A DNA stretch of 44,283 bases. Origin: Escherichia phage B2. The notes beneath the pieces were generated by a model. That model did not search any database and was not told the DNA's origin. It saw nothing but the letters and a program-made list of their open reading frames with translations. Below are positions 26,796-35,829 of this stretch, in pieces. A program made the translations under genes and the position numbers. Within the stretch, counting starts at the first letter, position 1; every line of letters begins with the position of its first letter. The DNA lies in sequence record NC_073069.1. The stretch is one strand, 5' to 3'.

Positions 26796-27560
26796 ATGAG
26801 ACTGACGAAAGATATTAAAAATCAGATTCTGGCTAACATTCTGCGCGATCACGAAATCGCATCCGAAGCCAAACAAATCATGATGGACTCTCGCGACCTG
26901 GCGTACGCAATCACGCTGGACTGTATGCCGGACGGCATTCGCACATTCGCCGCGCTACGCGAGCATATCCTGCTAATCCGCGATGACCAGTCGCAGATGT
27001 ACGGCGTCAGCGTATACACCAACAAGGCGACGTATAGTTATAACTCCGACCGCCCGAAGGGTATCGGCAGCGTCTATAACGCCACCTTTGAAATCAACGC
27101 AGGCGGCAATGTTCGCACCTTGTCATTGAGCGGCGACGGTCGCCAACACCGCATACATCGCGGGTACTGGGAAGAGAAATATATGAATAAGCTCTCGCCT
27201 GATCTCGGCGATATCGTTCCGGGGTTCGAGACAGTTATGCTGGCTTCAGTGTGTGAAGTGGACGAGGACGGGAAAGCGCTGCCGATATATCTCCCTCGCG
27301 GTCGCGTAGACTACCCGGCAGATCATGATTTCTGCAAGCGCCTGGACCGCAACGACAAGGCACGTCGCGAGTTGCGCGCGAAGTATGACGCGTTCAAACT
27401 CACCGTTACCGGCTTGCTGGATATGCACAATACGGACAAGAAGCTGATTAAGGTATGGCCTAAAGTTGAGCAATTCATCCCGTACCCGGACAAGCCAAAA
27501 TCCACGGCGGTGGCGCTGGATGTGAAAACACTCAACGAGATTTGCGGCATTCCGCGCTAA
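26796..27560 (+). CDS. hypothetical protein (moron gene 2)
   Basis: 254 aa ORF, no recognised motif; followed by a bidirectional terminator. Confidence 0.5.
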   Translation: MRLTKDIKNQILANILRDHEIASEAKQIMMDSRDLAYAITLDCMPDGIRTFAALREHILLIRDDQSQMYGVSVYTNKATYSYNSDRPKGIGSVYNATFEINAGGNVRTLSLSGDGRQHRIHRGYWEEKYMNKLSPDLGDIVPGFETVMLASVCEVDEDGKALPIYLPRGRVDYPADHDFCKRLDRNDKARRELRAKYDAFKLTVTGLLDMHNTDKKLIKVWPKVEQFIPYPDKPKSTAVALDVKTLNEICGIPR

Positions 27561-27563
27561 CGA

Positions 27564-27585
27564 AAAGGGGCCATTACGGCCCCTT
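27564..27585. terminator. bidirectional intrinsic terminator
   Basis: aaggggcc-atta-cggcccctt hairpin with T-rich runs on both strands; overlaps the o-spanin stop codon. Confidence 0.6.
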
Positions 27586-27813
27586 AATTATTTGCTGCAA
27601 CTCCAGCACCTGCGCCCTTAGCTTCGCGCCGCATTCCATATTTTTCACGTCAATCATCAAATCTTCGTCGGGGTCTGCGGACGGGCTATCGAACTTGCAC
27701 GGCGGTCGCAGTGCCGACTCCGTTAGCGGCATCAACGGCACGTTGCTTGATCCGCACGCGCTCAGCATCAAAACTACAATCAGGGCGGTTAGGGCGCGTA
27801 ACATATTTAACAA
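27574..27813 (-). CDS. o-spanin (Rz1-like outer membrane lipoprotein)
   Basis: Signal peptide with lipobox LSAC, proline-rich short mature region; starts inside the i-spanin gene in another frame. Confidence 0.6.
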   Translation of the reverse strand: MLNMLRALTALIVVLMLSACGSSNVPLMPLTESALRPPCKFDSPSADPDEDLMIDVKNMECGAKLRAQVLELQQIIKGP

Positions 27814-28015
27814 CCTCTTTCGTGATAGTCCGGTATTCTACGTCGCGGGCCTGTTCGGCCTGCACGGAGCGCTCAACAACTTTAGTTTGCTGCCGTTGGG
27901 CTTGGGCTTGCGCTTCTTGCGCCGCCTCCGCCACTACGCCAGCGCGATAGGAGTCACCTAGCCAGAATCCTACCGCCAGACCGATAACCAGTCCAATCGC
28001 TGCATATTTAATCAC
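27686..28015 (-). CDS. i-spanin (Rz-like)
   Basis: N-terminal transmembrane helix IGLVIGLAVGFWLG followed by Q/A-rich coiled-coil-like segment. Confidence 0.55.
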   Translation of the reverse strand: MIKYAAIGLVIGLAVGFWLGDSYRAGVVAEAAQEAQAQAQRQQTKVVERSVQAEQARDVEYRTITKEVVKYVTRPNRPDCSFDAERVRIKQRAVDAANGVGTATAVQVR

Positions 28016-29111
28016 GCCATAACCCCCGGTTTTTAAGCTGTGCGATAGTCATTAGTTCGCCGGAATCGGTGAACATCTTCGGCACTTTCACGCCGCGCAT
28101 AATCTGGTCGGCGCGTTGCACTCCGTATAACTCTTCCAGGATATGGCGCGGCTGGCGCTGCACCCATGAGAAGAAATCAGTCTGCGCGTCAACCTGCTCA
28201 CTCAGCAATCTGCCCGCGTCAGCCTTCAGTGCCGGACGCTTACCACTGGGCCAATCTTCCATGCCTTTAACCACCCACGTCTCCGTCGACCGGCAACAAT
28301 AATGCAACTTGCCCGGACCAGCGCCGTATTGTGACCCCGCCACCATTTTCCCGCCGCGCTTTCCTTTGGTGTCGGGAGTAACATCAACCGGATAAAACAG
28401 GCGATCGCGTAGCTGGCACATGGGAGAAGTATGCGTGTCCAATGTAGATAACCATTGGCGACCTTCGAGAATATCGTCATTTGCTTTTACCATTAGTTCG
28501 CGGGCTGTCGCCGCATAGTGGTTGACTGCGGACTTAACAACGCTTGAGATGGCTTGCGCACTACGACCGCCGAGCGCGCGCCTCACGTCCGCTATAATTT
28601 CCATAGTTGGCTTGCCCTGGATGAATCCAGCGCGCACCTGATTACCGATCTGCGTCCTGGTCCACTCAGAAAGGGAGTCAGGCCATTGCGTCATCGTATT
28701 GCCCTGGAACGGGTTTTTCATCGCAGTCGCTGCGATCTGCGCACCTGTCACCACGCCCACCACCTCGATCGCAGGTACGGCGGCCACCGGCTGGATCGCT
28801 GCCGTTAATGTGTCGGTGAGATAATCAGCCTCCGTGTCGGCGAACTCCTGAAGGCTTTCAGCCAACGCCTTAAACTCGGTGCGCAATTCTGATTTAACGG
28901 TCTTGTCGATTTGCGTTAGCAGGGTGGAAAGTGCCCGGTTATTCATTGACGATTTGCCATCAAGCAACTCGGTAAGCTTCCCCAGTAATGTAGGCCGGAA
29001 CTTCTCCCACATGGACAGCACCCTTCGCGCCTGGTCATTGCTCAGGCGCTGGGTGAAGATGTGACGGCGAATCATTCGATCCGCCAAATGTTGATTAATT
29101 GTCTTCGCCAT
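28008..29111 (-). CDS. head morphogenesis/minor capsid protein (Mu gpF / SPP1 gp7-like)
   Basis: 367 aa directly downstream of the portal gene with overlapping start/stop; typical order. Confidence 0.65.
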   Translation of the reverse strand: MAKTINQHLADRMIRRHIFTQRLSNDQARRVLSMWEKFRPTLLGKLTELLDGKSSMNNRALSTLLTQIDKTVKSELRTEFKALAESLQEFADTEADYLTDTLTAAIQPVAAVPAIEVVGVVTGAQIAATAMKNPFQGNTMTQWPDSLSEWTRTQIGNQVRAGFIQGKPTMEIIADVRRALGGRSAQAISSVVKSAVNHYAATARELMVKANDDILEGRQWLSTLDTHTSPMCQLRDRLFYPVDVTPDTKGKRGGKMVAGSQYGAGPGKLHYCCRSTETWVVKGMEDWPSGKRPALKADAGRLLSEQVDAQTDFFSWVQRQPRHILEELYGVQRADQIMRGVKVPKMFTDSGELMTIAQLKNRGLWRD

Positions 29112-30615
29112 TGTCCGCTACCTTGTCCGGGTCTTCTTCGGTATATTCTACCGCATCCGGGGACATTTGGGGCAATGGATTCTGATTTCGCAGTTCGTCT
29201 TCCACCTGCTCGACGGTTTGCGAGTCGTCAATAACGCCCTGGGCCATCATCCACTTGATGAAGTCGGCCAGACGGACAGTACCGGTCTGCACACCTGCCA
29301 TCATCGCGGTCATAAGCTGTGCGTCCACCGTGATCTCGGTGTAAAACTTATTCAACGTGACTTGCTGGGTTGCGGTGTCGCCAGTGAACAGCTTAACGAT
29401 TTGCAGCGCACGGTTGAAAGCCTTCTCAACGTTACCGGCAATCAGTGACAGGATACTGTTATCTGTCTGCGCATCGTAGGCCGCTTCCGTTGCCGTCTTA
29501 GGTGCGGTCCCCTTCTCGACCAGGGCCGCGCCCAGTTTAGCCATTTGTAACTCGCGTCGCTCACACAGCGCAACTGACAGGTTTCTCTCCTCAGCCTGAA
29601 GCAGTTTAGCGTCCATGTTCTGGCCCAGGATAACGCCCTTAGTTGCTCCGAGCGCGATGCCGCCCTTCAGGTTTTTATCCGCCCATGATTGGGTTAGCCC
29701 CGTCGCGATAAGAGTAGGCTGTCCCACGATGTGCGCAATCTCGGCGACGTCAGCTTCGGCGTTGTAGTGCTTAATGTTGATGGACGCGATATCTGCCAGC
29801 GGTGCGGCATCCGGCGACGCATTGTTATCCACCGCGCCACACCAACAGAAAGGCAGTTGCGTAAGCGCGTTACCGGCGGCATCCACCAGCGGCACAAGGT
29901 CGGTGCGGGTGAATCCACGCGGCAAGTCCATTTGCACCTCGGACGTGTCCGCGTTGTAAAACCAGCGGCGGGCGTGTGCCGCACCGTTAATCATGCGAAG
30001 CTCAGTCCAGATCGTTACTTCGTGGTTTGCGAAGTCGTCCGGGTCTTCAGTGCTGATTTCGTCCGTCTCCTTCAGCACGATTAGCGTGTCAATACCGTGG
30101 GTCTGCCGCCAGTTAATGATCTGTTCAGCCGTATACAGGCGGATAAGCGGGCGGTGTGCAGCCATTTCAGCGGCTGTCTGCGGCACTACGTTACCCAGTT
30201 CGTCAAAATGCGCCTGGCGGTCGTAGTCCACCATAAAACCGGCACGGCCTGATTGCAGCACTTCCGACATAGCGCCGCGCAGGAGTTGCGCCAGGGGCAT
30301 CCCGCTGCCGTCTACGTCATCAATCAGGTCAGCCATTGTCCCGGAAAGGTCCATACTCACCGGCTTGGCGAAGGCCACGCCTAACAGTGCATTCAGTGTG
30401 CGGGCGGTGGCGTTCAGGAAGACGGCGCGCTGCTTATACGCCTTATAACGCGCACGCGATTTAGGGTCGGTGGTGTCGCCGCTTGCGGGGTGTGGCAGGT
30501 ATAATGGGCCGCACGCCTTCACGGCGCGCTCCCCGGCTACGCAGTCACGGATCATTTTCCACTCTGGCGCGATGCGCGCATATAGTGGGTGCTGGTTGTC
30601 AACGTTAACGGTCAT
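29095..30615 (-). CDS. portal protein
   Basis: 506 aa directly downstream of the large terminase gene, acidic C-terminus. Confidence 0.75.
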   Translation of the reverse strand: MTVNVDNQHPLYARIAPEWKMIRDCVAGERAVKACGPLYLPHPASGDTTDPKSRARYKAYKQRAVFLNATARTLNALLGVAFAKPVSMDLSGTMADLIDDVDGSGMPLAQLLRGAMSEVLQSGRAGFMVDYDRQAHFDELGNVVPQTAAEMAAHRPLIRLYTAEQIINWRQTHGIDTLIVLKETDEISTEDPDDFANHEVTIWTELRMINGAAHARRWFYNADTSEVQMDLPRGFTRTDLVPLVDAAGNALTQLPFCWCGAVDNNASPDAAPLADIASINIKHYNAEADVAEIAHIVGQPTLIATGLTQSWADKNLKGGIALGATKGVILGQNMDAKLLQAEERNLSVALCERRELQMAKLGAALVEKGTAPKTATEAAYDAQTDNSILSLIAGNVEKAFNRALQIVKLFTGDTATQQVTLNKFYTEITVDAQLMTAMMAGVQTGTVRLADFIKWMMAQGVIDDSQTVEQVEDELRNQNPLPQMSPDAVEYTEEDPDKVADNGEDN

Positions 30616-30626
30616 GGTCGGTTTCC

Positions 30627-32012
30627 TTAGTAGAAGTCTACAGTAGGAACAACGGCGATTGGGCGAATCACAGGGAACAGGTGCGCAACAGGATAGCCCG
30701 CTGCATCATTCATGTGGTCCACACCGGCAGTTTTATCCGGCTCGCCTTTCTTCAGGTCGTAAACCTGCTGTTCCAGACATTTCGCTAGTGTAGGGCATTT
30801 ATCCAGGTTGACAAAATACTGGCGCACGCCCTTCGAGTTGCACATCATCGTATTCATCGCGATCAATCGGTCTTTCACAGGGGGGTTAACGCTGTCGTAT
30901 TCCACCTCGAAGCCCGCATCTTCCAGTTGCGCGATATCGGACGACGACGCGTTGACCGTTTTGCGGGATTTTCCGCTGCTATCCGGGTACACGACGACCT
31001 TACCGGCAGCACAATGATCGGGGTAGCGCTCCTCGATCGCCTCAATCATAGCCGGGGTGTCAAACAGGTCCACAAATTCATCCACCGCGTGAATCTCGTC
31101 GCGGAACTCCTTGTTCTCGGTGACTCGCTGCCGTCTGACATACACAACCGCCGCCATCTTAGTGACGTTAAAGTCCATACCGATAATCAGCGTGTCGTCC
31201 GGCTGCACTTCTTCGGTGCTGGCGTTCTCCTCGCGGTTGAACATCTTGTACACCGCGCCCGACGTAAGGTTAACAAACAGGCCGTTCAGGTACGCATCAA
31301 TCAGGTTAGCCGGGTACTGACTGCGCAGCGTGTCGATAAAGTCTGCCGGTAGGTGGTGGTTGTCCGTGGTCTTCGCCCGGATCAGGCGCTTCTGGCTACC
31401 CTTCTCCACCTCGAAAATTTGATACATCGCCCGGTAGCCTTCCGGCGTGGACACGATGACAAACTGGCGGACGAAGCCCGCACGCAGACGACCGAGCAAT
31501 TTGTGGTATGCCGCCATTGCGACGTCTTGTTTCGTGGTGTCGAACTCGTCGGCAACAATCCACGCGGCGTTGACCCCGATCAGGCGGGTATAGTTCTCCA
31601 TTGATTCACAGATAACGCGGGTCCATTTGCCTTTCACCAGCACGTTATAGATCTTGTCCTGCTTATTGAACTTCCACCGGAATCCGGCCTCATCGAATGC
31701 CTTCTCCAGTTCCGGATACATGATTTTAACCAGGAGTGGAATAGTCGGTTCGGTCACGATGCCGTCATAACCGGGGTTAAGTGTCAGGAGCTGGATGACC
31801 TTACGCGCAGCTACCCACGACTTGCCGCCACCGAAGCCAGAACACAGGCCGAGGATTTTAGTCTTCGTGTCGCGCAGTAGTTCAACCTGGTGCGGCAAGC
31901 AATCAGGCTGGTAAAGGCGGACGGCCTGCGCAACGCGTGTCGGGCGTGGCGGTCGGTTACGCTTTGCGATCGCGCGTTCCAGTGCGCGGTGTTCTGCCGC
32001 ATAGTTACGCAT
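30627..32012 (-). CDS. terminase large subunit
   Basis: 461 aa; Walker A-like GLCSGFGGGKSW; ATPase then nuclease-like half; flanked by small terminase and portal. Confidence 0.85.
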   Translation of the reverse strand: MRNYAAEHRALERAIAKRNRPPRPTRVAQAVRLYQPDCLPHQVELLRDTKTKILGLCSGFGGGKSWVAARKVIQLLTLNPGYDGIVTEPTIPLLVKIMYPELEKAFDEAGFRWKFNKQDKIYNVLVKGKWTRVICESMENYTRLIGVNAAWIVADEFDTTKQDVAMAAYHKLLGRLRAGFVRQFVIVSTPEGYRAMYQIFEVEKGSQKRLIRAKTTDNHHLPADFIDTLRSQYPANLIDAYLNGLFVNLTSGAVYKMFNREENASTEEVQPDDTLIIGMDFNVTKMAAVVYVRRQRVTENKEFRDEIHAVDEFVDLFDTPAMIEAIEERYPDHCAAGKVVVYPDSSGKSRKTVNASSSDIAQLEDAGFEVEYDSVNPPVKDRLIAMNTMMCNSKGVRQYFVNLDKCPTLAKCLEQQVYDLKKGEPDKTAGVDHMNDAAGYPVAHLFPVIRPIAVVPTVDFY

Positions 32013-32563
32013 TAATCACCCTGACCTTTGCCGGTAGGTTCCACAACGACGTCGCCGTTATCATCTTCGTCGTCATCCAGAGGCACATCGTCGCGGACGC
32101 CGTGGTTGGCTTTAAGCAGGAATGTAGCGAAGCCCGCCGCGATGGTCACGCCGCCAGCTTCCATCAGGAAAGTTTTCTGCAACTCCATAGCATCCGCCAT
32201 CGCCTCGGCGAACTCCTCATGTGCGCGCGCCCAGCGATACAGGCAAGCGACGCCAACGCCTATTTCCGCGGCAAATCGACCGAAGGTTGGCATTTTGTTG
32301 CGAGGGATTACTTGCGCAGCGCCTTTATCGGAGTAGTTGACCTGCCAGGCGTCGGCGTCGGCAAAATAGCGGCGAAGCTGGTCGCAGTAAACGGATCGGT
32401 AGTCAGTAGGGCGTCCACATTTGCCGCCTTTACGGCGCTTTCCGTACTCGATTTCCGGTCCAAGATTGGTGTGCTCGGTTTGCTCGCCTGGTTTACGGCG
32501 CGGGGTTACTGCTACTCGTCCGTCCAGTTTGGCGCGTCGGCCCTTAACTTTGATTTCTGCCAT
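32012..32563 (-). CDS. terminase small subunit
   Basis: Start at ATG 32563 with aaaggg SD; HTH-like FGRFAAEIGVGVACLYRWA; acidic C-terminus; overlaps large terminase start. Confidence 0.55.
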   Translation of the reverse strand: MAEIKVKGRRAKLDGRVAVTPRRKPGEQTEHTNLGPEIEYGKRRKGGKCGRPTDYRSVYCDQLRRYFADADAWQVNYSDKGAAQVIPRNKMPTFGRFAAEIGVGVACLYRWARAHEEFAEAMADAMELQKTFLMEAGGVTIAAGFATFLLKANHGVRDDVPLDDDEDDNGDVVVEPTGKGQGD

Positions 32564-32627
32564 GATATAAGCCCTTTTGTTCATATGCGCCGACCATCGG
32601 CAACATAGGAGACGGCCCTGCCATCTA

Positions 32628-32668
32628 ATGGGGATTATAACAGGCACAAAAAAGCCCACCAAATCGGC
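32628..32668 (-). promoter_or_regulatory. sigma70-like extended -10 promoter upstream of the terminase genes
   Basis: tgttataat on the minus strand (TGn-TATAAT) about 65 nt upstream of the small terminase start. Confidence 0.4.
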
Positions 32669-32693
32669 AGGCTGGGAGTATTACTGGTTGTCG

Positions 32694-33836
32694 TTACTTC
32701 AACATTTCTGGGCTAATGGTTAAGCGCGCTACTTCGCCGTAGTTGGCGCTGTAGGTAATGACGTTGGCGCTGCGACCGGACATCCAACCGCCACGACTGG
32801 CGTAGGCGTCTTTCGCTGCTAGCGTCCGGTGCTGTTCAACAATCATGTTGCGAGACTCGACAATCTTCTGGTGGTGCAAATGACCTACGTGCGCGTAGCT
32901 GTATTCGCTCGACCCGAACGCCTGTCTGAATTTAGCGATCATAACCTGCTCGATAGCATCGAATCGCGCTTTGTGCCCGTGGTGGAAAAACAGCGTGGTC
33001 TTACCGTGCTGCACCATTTTGTAGACGTCCGGGGACGTGTCCACATCGATGCGCGGCTCGTTCTCGTACAGGGTATTGAACATCTCGGCAAGCCAAATCA
33101 TACCCGATTCGTCATGATTACCCTGGACGATTAGCAGTTTTACTTTGTGGTGTTTTTGCAGCGCCAGGTCTACCACGTTGCGCACCATGCGAATCATGTA
33201 GCGGACCAACTTCTGGTATCGGGTGTCGGCGTCAAGTACGTGACCGCTTGCCGGTGTGACGGCATCGAGGCTATCAAAGTGCGCCATATCGCCGAGGATA
33301 TTGATCACGGCAGTGCCTGCGTCTGGTGCGCGTGCGAAGGCTTCGACAAACCAGCGGTAGAACAGGTCTTCGGCGATCGCCATATCCCAGTCTTCGCCAG
33401 TCTCCTCACCCCATGCCAACATGCCCAGGTGGAAGTCTGACACGGTGTACAGGTTGAGCAAGTCGAGCGCCTGGATCGGGACTGGCGGGGCTTTTACTGG
33501 CGCTGCCGGTGTGATTTCGCTGTTCATACCCTCGACAACAGCGCGCATGGCTTCGAGTTGGCGCTCTTTGTCCTGCTCGGTGATGACCCACGACATGACC
33601 TCTTCACCATTGCCGCGCACCAGGGCCGATACGCGCTTAACCCCGAAGCCATCTGCAACTCGCTTACGGATCACGGCATCATTACCGTGACCAATCCCCT
33701 TTTTTGACAGGCGGGCTTTGCGCATGTAGACATTTCGAAGTGCAATGCCGTACTTCTTCGCAATCTCTTTAACCGTAGTTCCGGCCTGAATTTCTGCGAT
33801 CAATTGCTCATCGGTAATTTTAGTTTGCGGGTGCAT
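32694..33836 (-). CDS. calcineurin-like metallophosphoesterase with N-terminal HTH
   Basis: Metallophosphatase motifs SDFHLG, ILGDMAHFD, IVQGNHDES; N-terminal HTH-like region EQLIAEIQAGTTVKEIAKKYGI. Confidence 0.65.
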   Translation of the reverse strand: MHPQTKITDEQLIAEIQAGTTVKEIAKKYGIALRNVYMRKARLSKKGIGHGNDAVIRKRVADGFGVKRVSALVRGNGEEVMSWVITEQDKERQLEAMRAVVEGMNSEITPAAPVKAPPVPIQALDLLNLYTVSDFHLGMLAWGEETGEDWDMAIAEDLFYRWFVEAFARAPDAGTAVINILGDMAHFDSLDAVTPASGHVLDADTRYQKLVRYMIRMVRNVVDLALQKHHKVKLLIVQGNHDESGMIWLAEMFNTLYENEPRIDVDTSPDVYKMVQHGKTTLFFHHGHKARFDAIEQVMIAKFRQAFGSSEYSYAHVGHLHHQKIVESRNMIVEQHRTLAAKDAYASRGGWMSGRSANVITYSANYGEVARLTISPEMLK

Positions 33837-33857
33837 ATTTAATTAATTCCTGATTAG

Positions 33858-33885
33858 TGGACCGTGGACAATATACCACGGTCCA
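33858..33885. promoter_or_regulatory. perfect inverted repeat upstream of the phosphoesterase gene
   Basis: tggaccgtgg-acaatata-ccacggtcca, 10-bp arms, about 20 nt upstream of the ATG at 33836. Confidence 0.4.
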
Positions 33886-33998
33886 TATGGCGGCGGGCTA
33901 TATCAATTCGCAAATAACCATGCCGATAAAAGCCGCGGTGGTCCAGATCGCTAATACCCAAATATCTTTACGTGCCATCTTGATTACTCCTCTCGTCG

Positions 33999-34031
33999 AT
34001 TGGTTGCAGTATGACCCCTGTGTTGGTTGCG
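33999..34031 (+). promoter_or_regulatory. ATTGGTTGCA motif and a second TTGGTTGCG copy
   Basis: attggttgcagtatga at 33999 and ttggttgcg at 34023, both + orientation, inside the leftward late region just before the 34042-34067 hairpin. Confidence 0.35.
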
Positions 34032-34041
34032 AGTCAAGCAA

Positions 34042-34067
34042 TAAAAAGCCCGGTTAATTCCGGGCTT
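34042..34067 (-). terminator. intrinsic terminator downstream of the lysis cassette
   Basis: aagcccgg-aattaa-ccgggctt on the minus strand followed by tttttatt. Confidence 0.6.
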
Positions 34068-34073
34068 AATTGT

Positions 34074-34241
34074 TTACGCTGCGGGGCCAGATTCCTCCTG
34101 CGGTGGTGGGCTTGGCAGCTTCGCATCGAAGACCCCGGCGTGGTTGATAGAGTCCGCGATGATAGCGCGTGCGCCTGGGTCTTCGGTTTTAGCCAGTGCG
34201 GCAAGCGCGTCCGCATTATGATCAAGAATACTTTTTAACAT
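34074..34241 (-). CDS. small hypothetical protein downstream of the endolysin gene
   Basis: 55 aa ORF (MLKSILDHNADALAALAKTEDPGARAIIADS...) with gaggt SD; below the track size cutoff. Confidence 0.35.
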   Translation of the reverse strand: MLKSILDHNADALAALAKTEDPGARAIIADSINHAGVFDAKLPSPPPQEESGPAA

Positions 34242-34257
34242 ACTGTGTTACCTCGTA

Positions 34258-34749
34258 TTATGCTGCGTTACGTCCGATTTTCTCGGCAACGTCCCACTGC
34301 TTGCCATCGAATAGTGCTTGCCTGCCGATTGCGCGACGGACCAGACCTAAGAGCACCGATCCACCTTGCTTGCGGAACTGCGGCAGAATAGCACGGACCT
34401 TCGCCCAATCGCCCAGTCGCACCGCATCATCGAAATCGTTCGCGACGTCATCCGGCACGATCGGACCCGGACCGGCGTTGATTACCAGATCCACCAGCGC
34501 GTCGAATTGCGCCTGGTTAATGCTCGGATGTGCGTATTTGTTCACCCAGTCCTCGGCATACGCCACATCTCGCCTGAGCAGTTCCAGCGCTTCCGCACGG
34601 GTAATGCTTCGTGGCGGATTAGTGCCGGTGTGACCATAGCCCCAGGTGTACAGGCCGCGGGCCTGCTCTTTCTTGGTCGCGAAATACGGCACTGGGCTGA
34701 AAGTCTCCCATGCTGCCGTAAATCGTAGACCGTTGTCACTGAATCGCAT
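34258..34749 (-). CDS. endolysin (phage lysozyme-like, GH24-type)
   Basis: N-terminal catalytic region TAAWETFSPVPYF...GLYTWGYGHTG resembles phage lysozymes; adjacent to holin genes. Confidence 0.7.
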   Translation of the reverse strand: MRFSDNGLRFTAAWETFSPVPYFATKKEQARGLYTWGYGHTGTNPPRSITRAEALELLRRDVAYAEDWVNKYAHPSINQAQFDALVDLVINAGPGPIVPDDVANDFDDAVRLGDWAKVRAILPQFRKQGGSVLLGLVRRAIGRQALFDGKQWDVAEKIGRNAA

Positions 34750-34981
34750 GTTTTACCCCATTCAAAACAGCATTACGCAGGGTGCGCAATGCAAACAGCC
34801 AGATTAACGCGGTCCAGGTGGTATCAGATACGTCTCCTGTTTGCAGCAATCCGATAAAACAGACCATTGCCGTTAACAGATACAGCACCCGACCGAAAAT
34901 GCCATCCTGGACGGACGGCGCATACACGTTAAACAGGGACGAAGCCCCTATGATAACAAACAACAGGACGGAGATAATCAT
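34736..34981 (-). CDS. holin-like small membrane protein
   Basis: 81 aa with two hydrophobic helices; ATGA overlap with the upstream holin gene; overlaps the endolysin start. Confidence 0.5.
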   Translation of the reverse strand: MIISVLLFVIIGASSLFNVYAPSVQDGIFGRVLYLLTAMVCFIGLLQTGDVSDTTWTALIWLFALRTLRNAVLNGVKHAIQ

Positions 34982-35268
34982 TTTGCACCCCCCGGAAGTC
35001 GGAACGACGCAATAGTCTCCCTGATCCGGTCGGCGATTGGCATCCAGAAGATTGCGGTTACGAAGCCTAAACCGGCGACAGTGCGCTCACCCGACAAACC
35101 AGCCCACTCGGCAATAGCCGGTGCGCCAAATATGGCACACAGGAAGCCAACTACAACATACAAAACGAAGTTTAGCGGCCCCTTCGTAGCCTCACCATGA
35201 ATGCGTGCGCCTACGAAGCCACCCGCCAGACATGCCAGGGCGAATAGCCACTCGTTTAGCTTATCCAT
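34978..35268 (-). CDS. holin
   Basis: 96 aa with three predicted transmembrane segments and a charged C-terminus. Confidence 0.55.
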   Translation of the reverse strand: MDKLNEWLFALACLAGGFVGARIHGEATKGPLNFVLYVVVGFLCAIFGAPAIAEWAGLSGERTVAGLGFVTAIFWMPIADRIRETIASFRLPGGAK

Positions 35269-35322
35269 AAAAAAAAGTCCCAGTAAGTTTTAGCTCACTG
35301 GGACTATATCACGCTTGCATAA

Positions 35323-35622
35323 TTAATCGAAAACGGACCACTTGCCGACGCCTTTCCACTCCCACCCGGATGAGCGGACGGCTTCGAATGTTCGCCCGCC
35401 TATCATATCCCGATACCACAGCCACCACATGCGCAACCTGGTTGGGTGCTCCGTGATTCCACGGCGCTTGTATATTTCGAACGTCATGCGGGTAATGCTG
35501 GCTGCTTCCACGGCGGGCCATACTACGAACATCAGGACGACCAACAGTACCACAGTAAGCAGGCACAGTCCCCAGATCAAACCAAACCAATAAATCACAT
35601 CATGAATCATAATCTGCCCCAT
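35323..35622 (-). CDS. membrane protein
   Basis: N-terminal hydrophobic helix FGLIWGLCLLTVVLLVVLMFVVW; start uncertain (35622 or 35610); W/R-rich C-terminus lowers confidence. Confidence 0.3.
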   Translation of the reverse strand: MGQIMIHDVIYWFGLIWGLCLLTVVLLVVLMFVVWPAVEAASITRMTFEIYKRRGITEHPTRLRMWWLWYRDMIGGRTFEAVRSSGWEWKGVGKWSVFD

Positions 35623-35829
35623 AGGTATTTAACCAGACTAATAACCGACGCCAACAGCACCAGGGCCGCCAGACTACCGCCACATACTACCGCGAAGACG
35701 TATAGCATCGAATTGCCCCTTCCGGTTTGCCAATATGGCGCGCCCATGCACGCGCCACGAAGTAATTGCGAAATACCCGACCGCCTATCTCGAAGCGGTT
35801 ATGCTGAAGCATATCACGGATCGTCGCAC

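Noticed and set aside
34011-34238. 75 aa + strand ORF downstream of the motif at 33999
   Set aside because: R/W/C-rich, overlaps the terminator hairpin and the better-supported 55 aa minus-strand ORF
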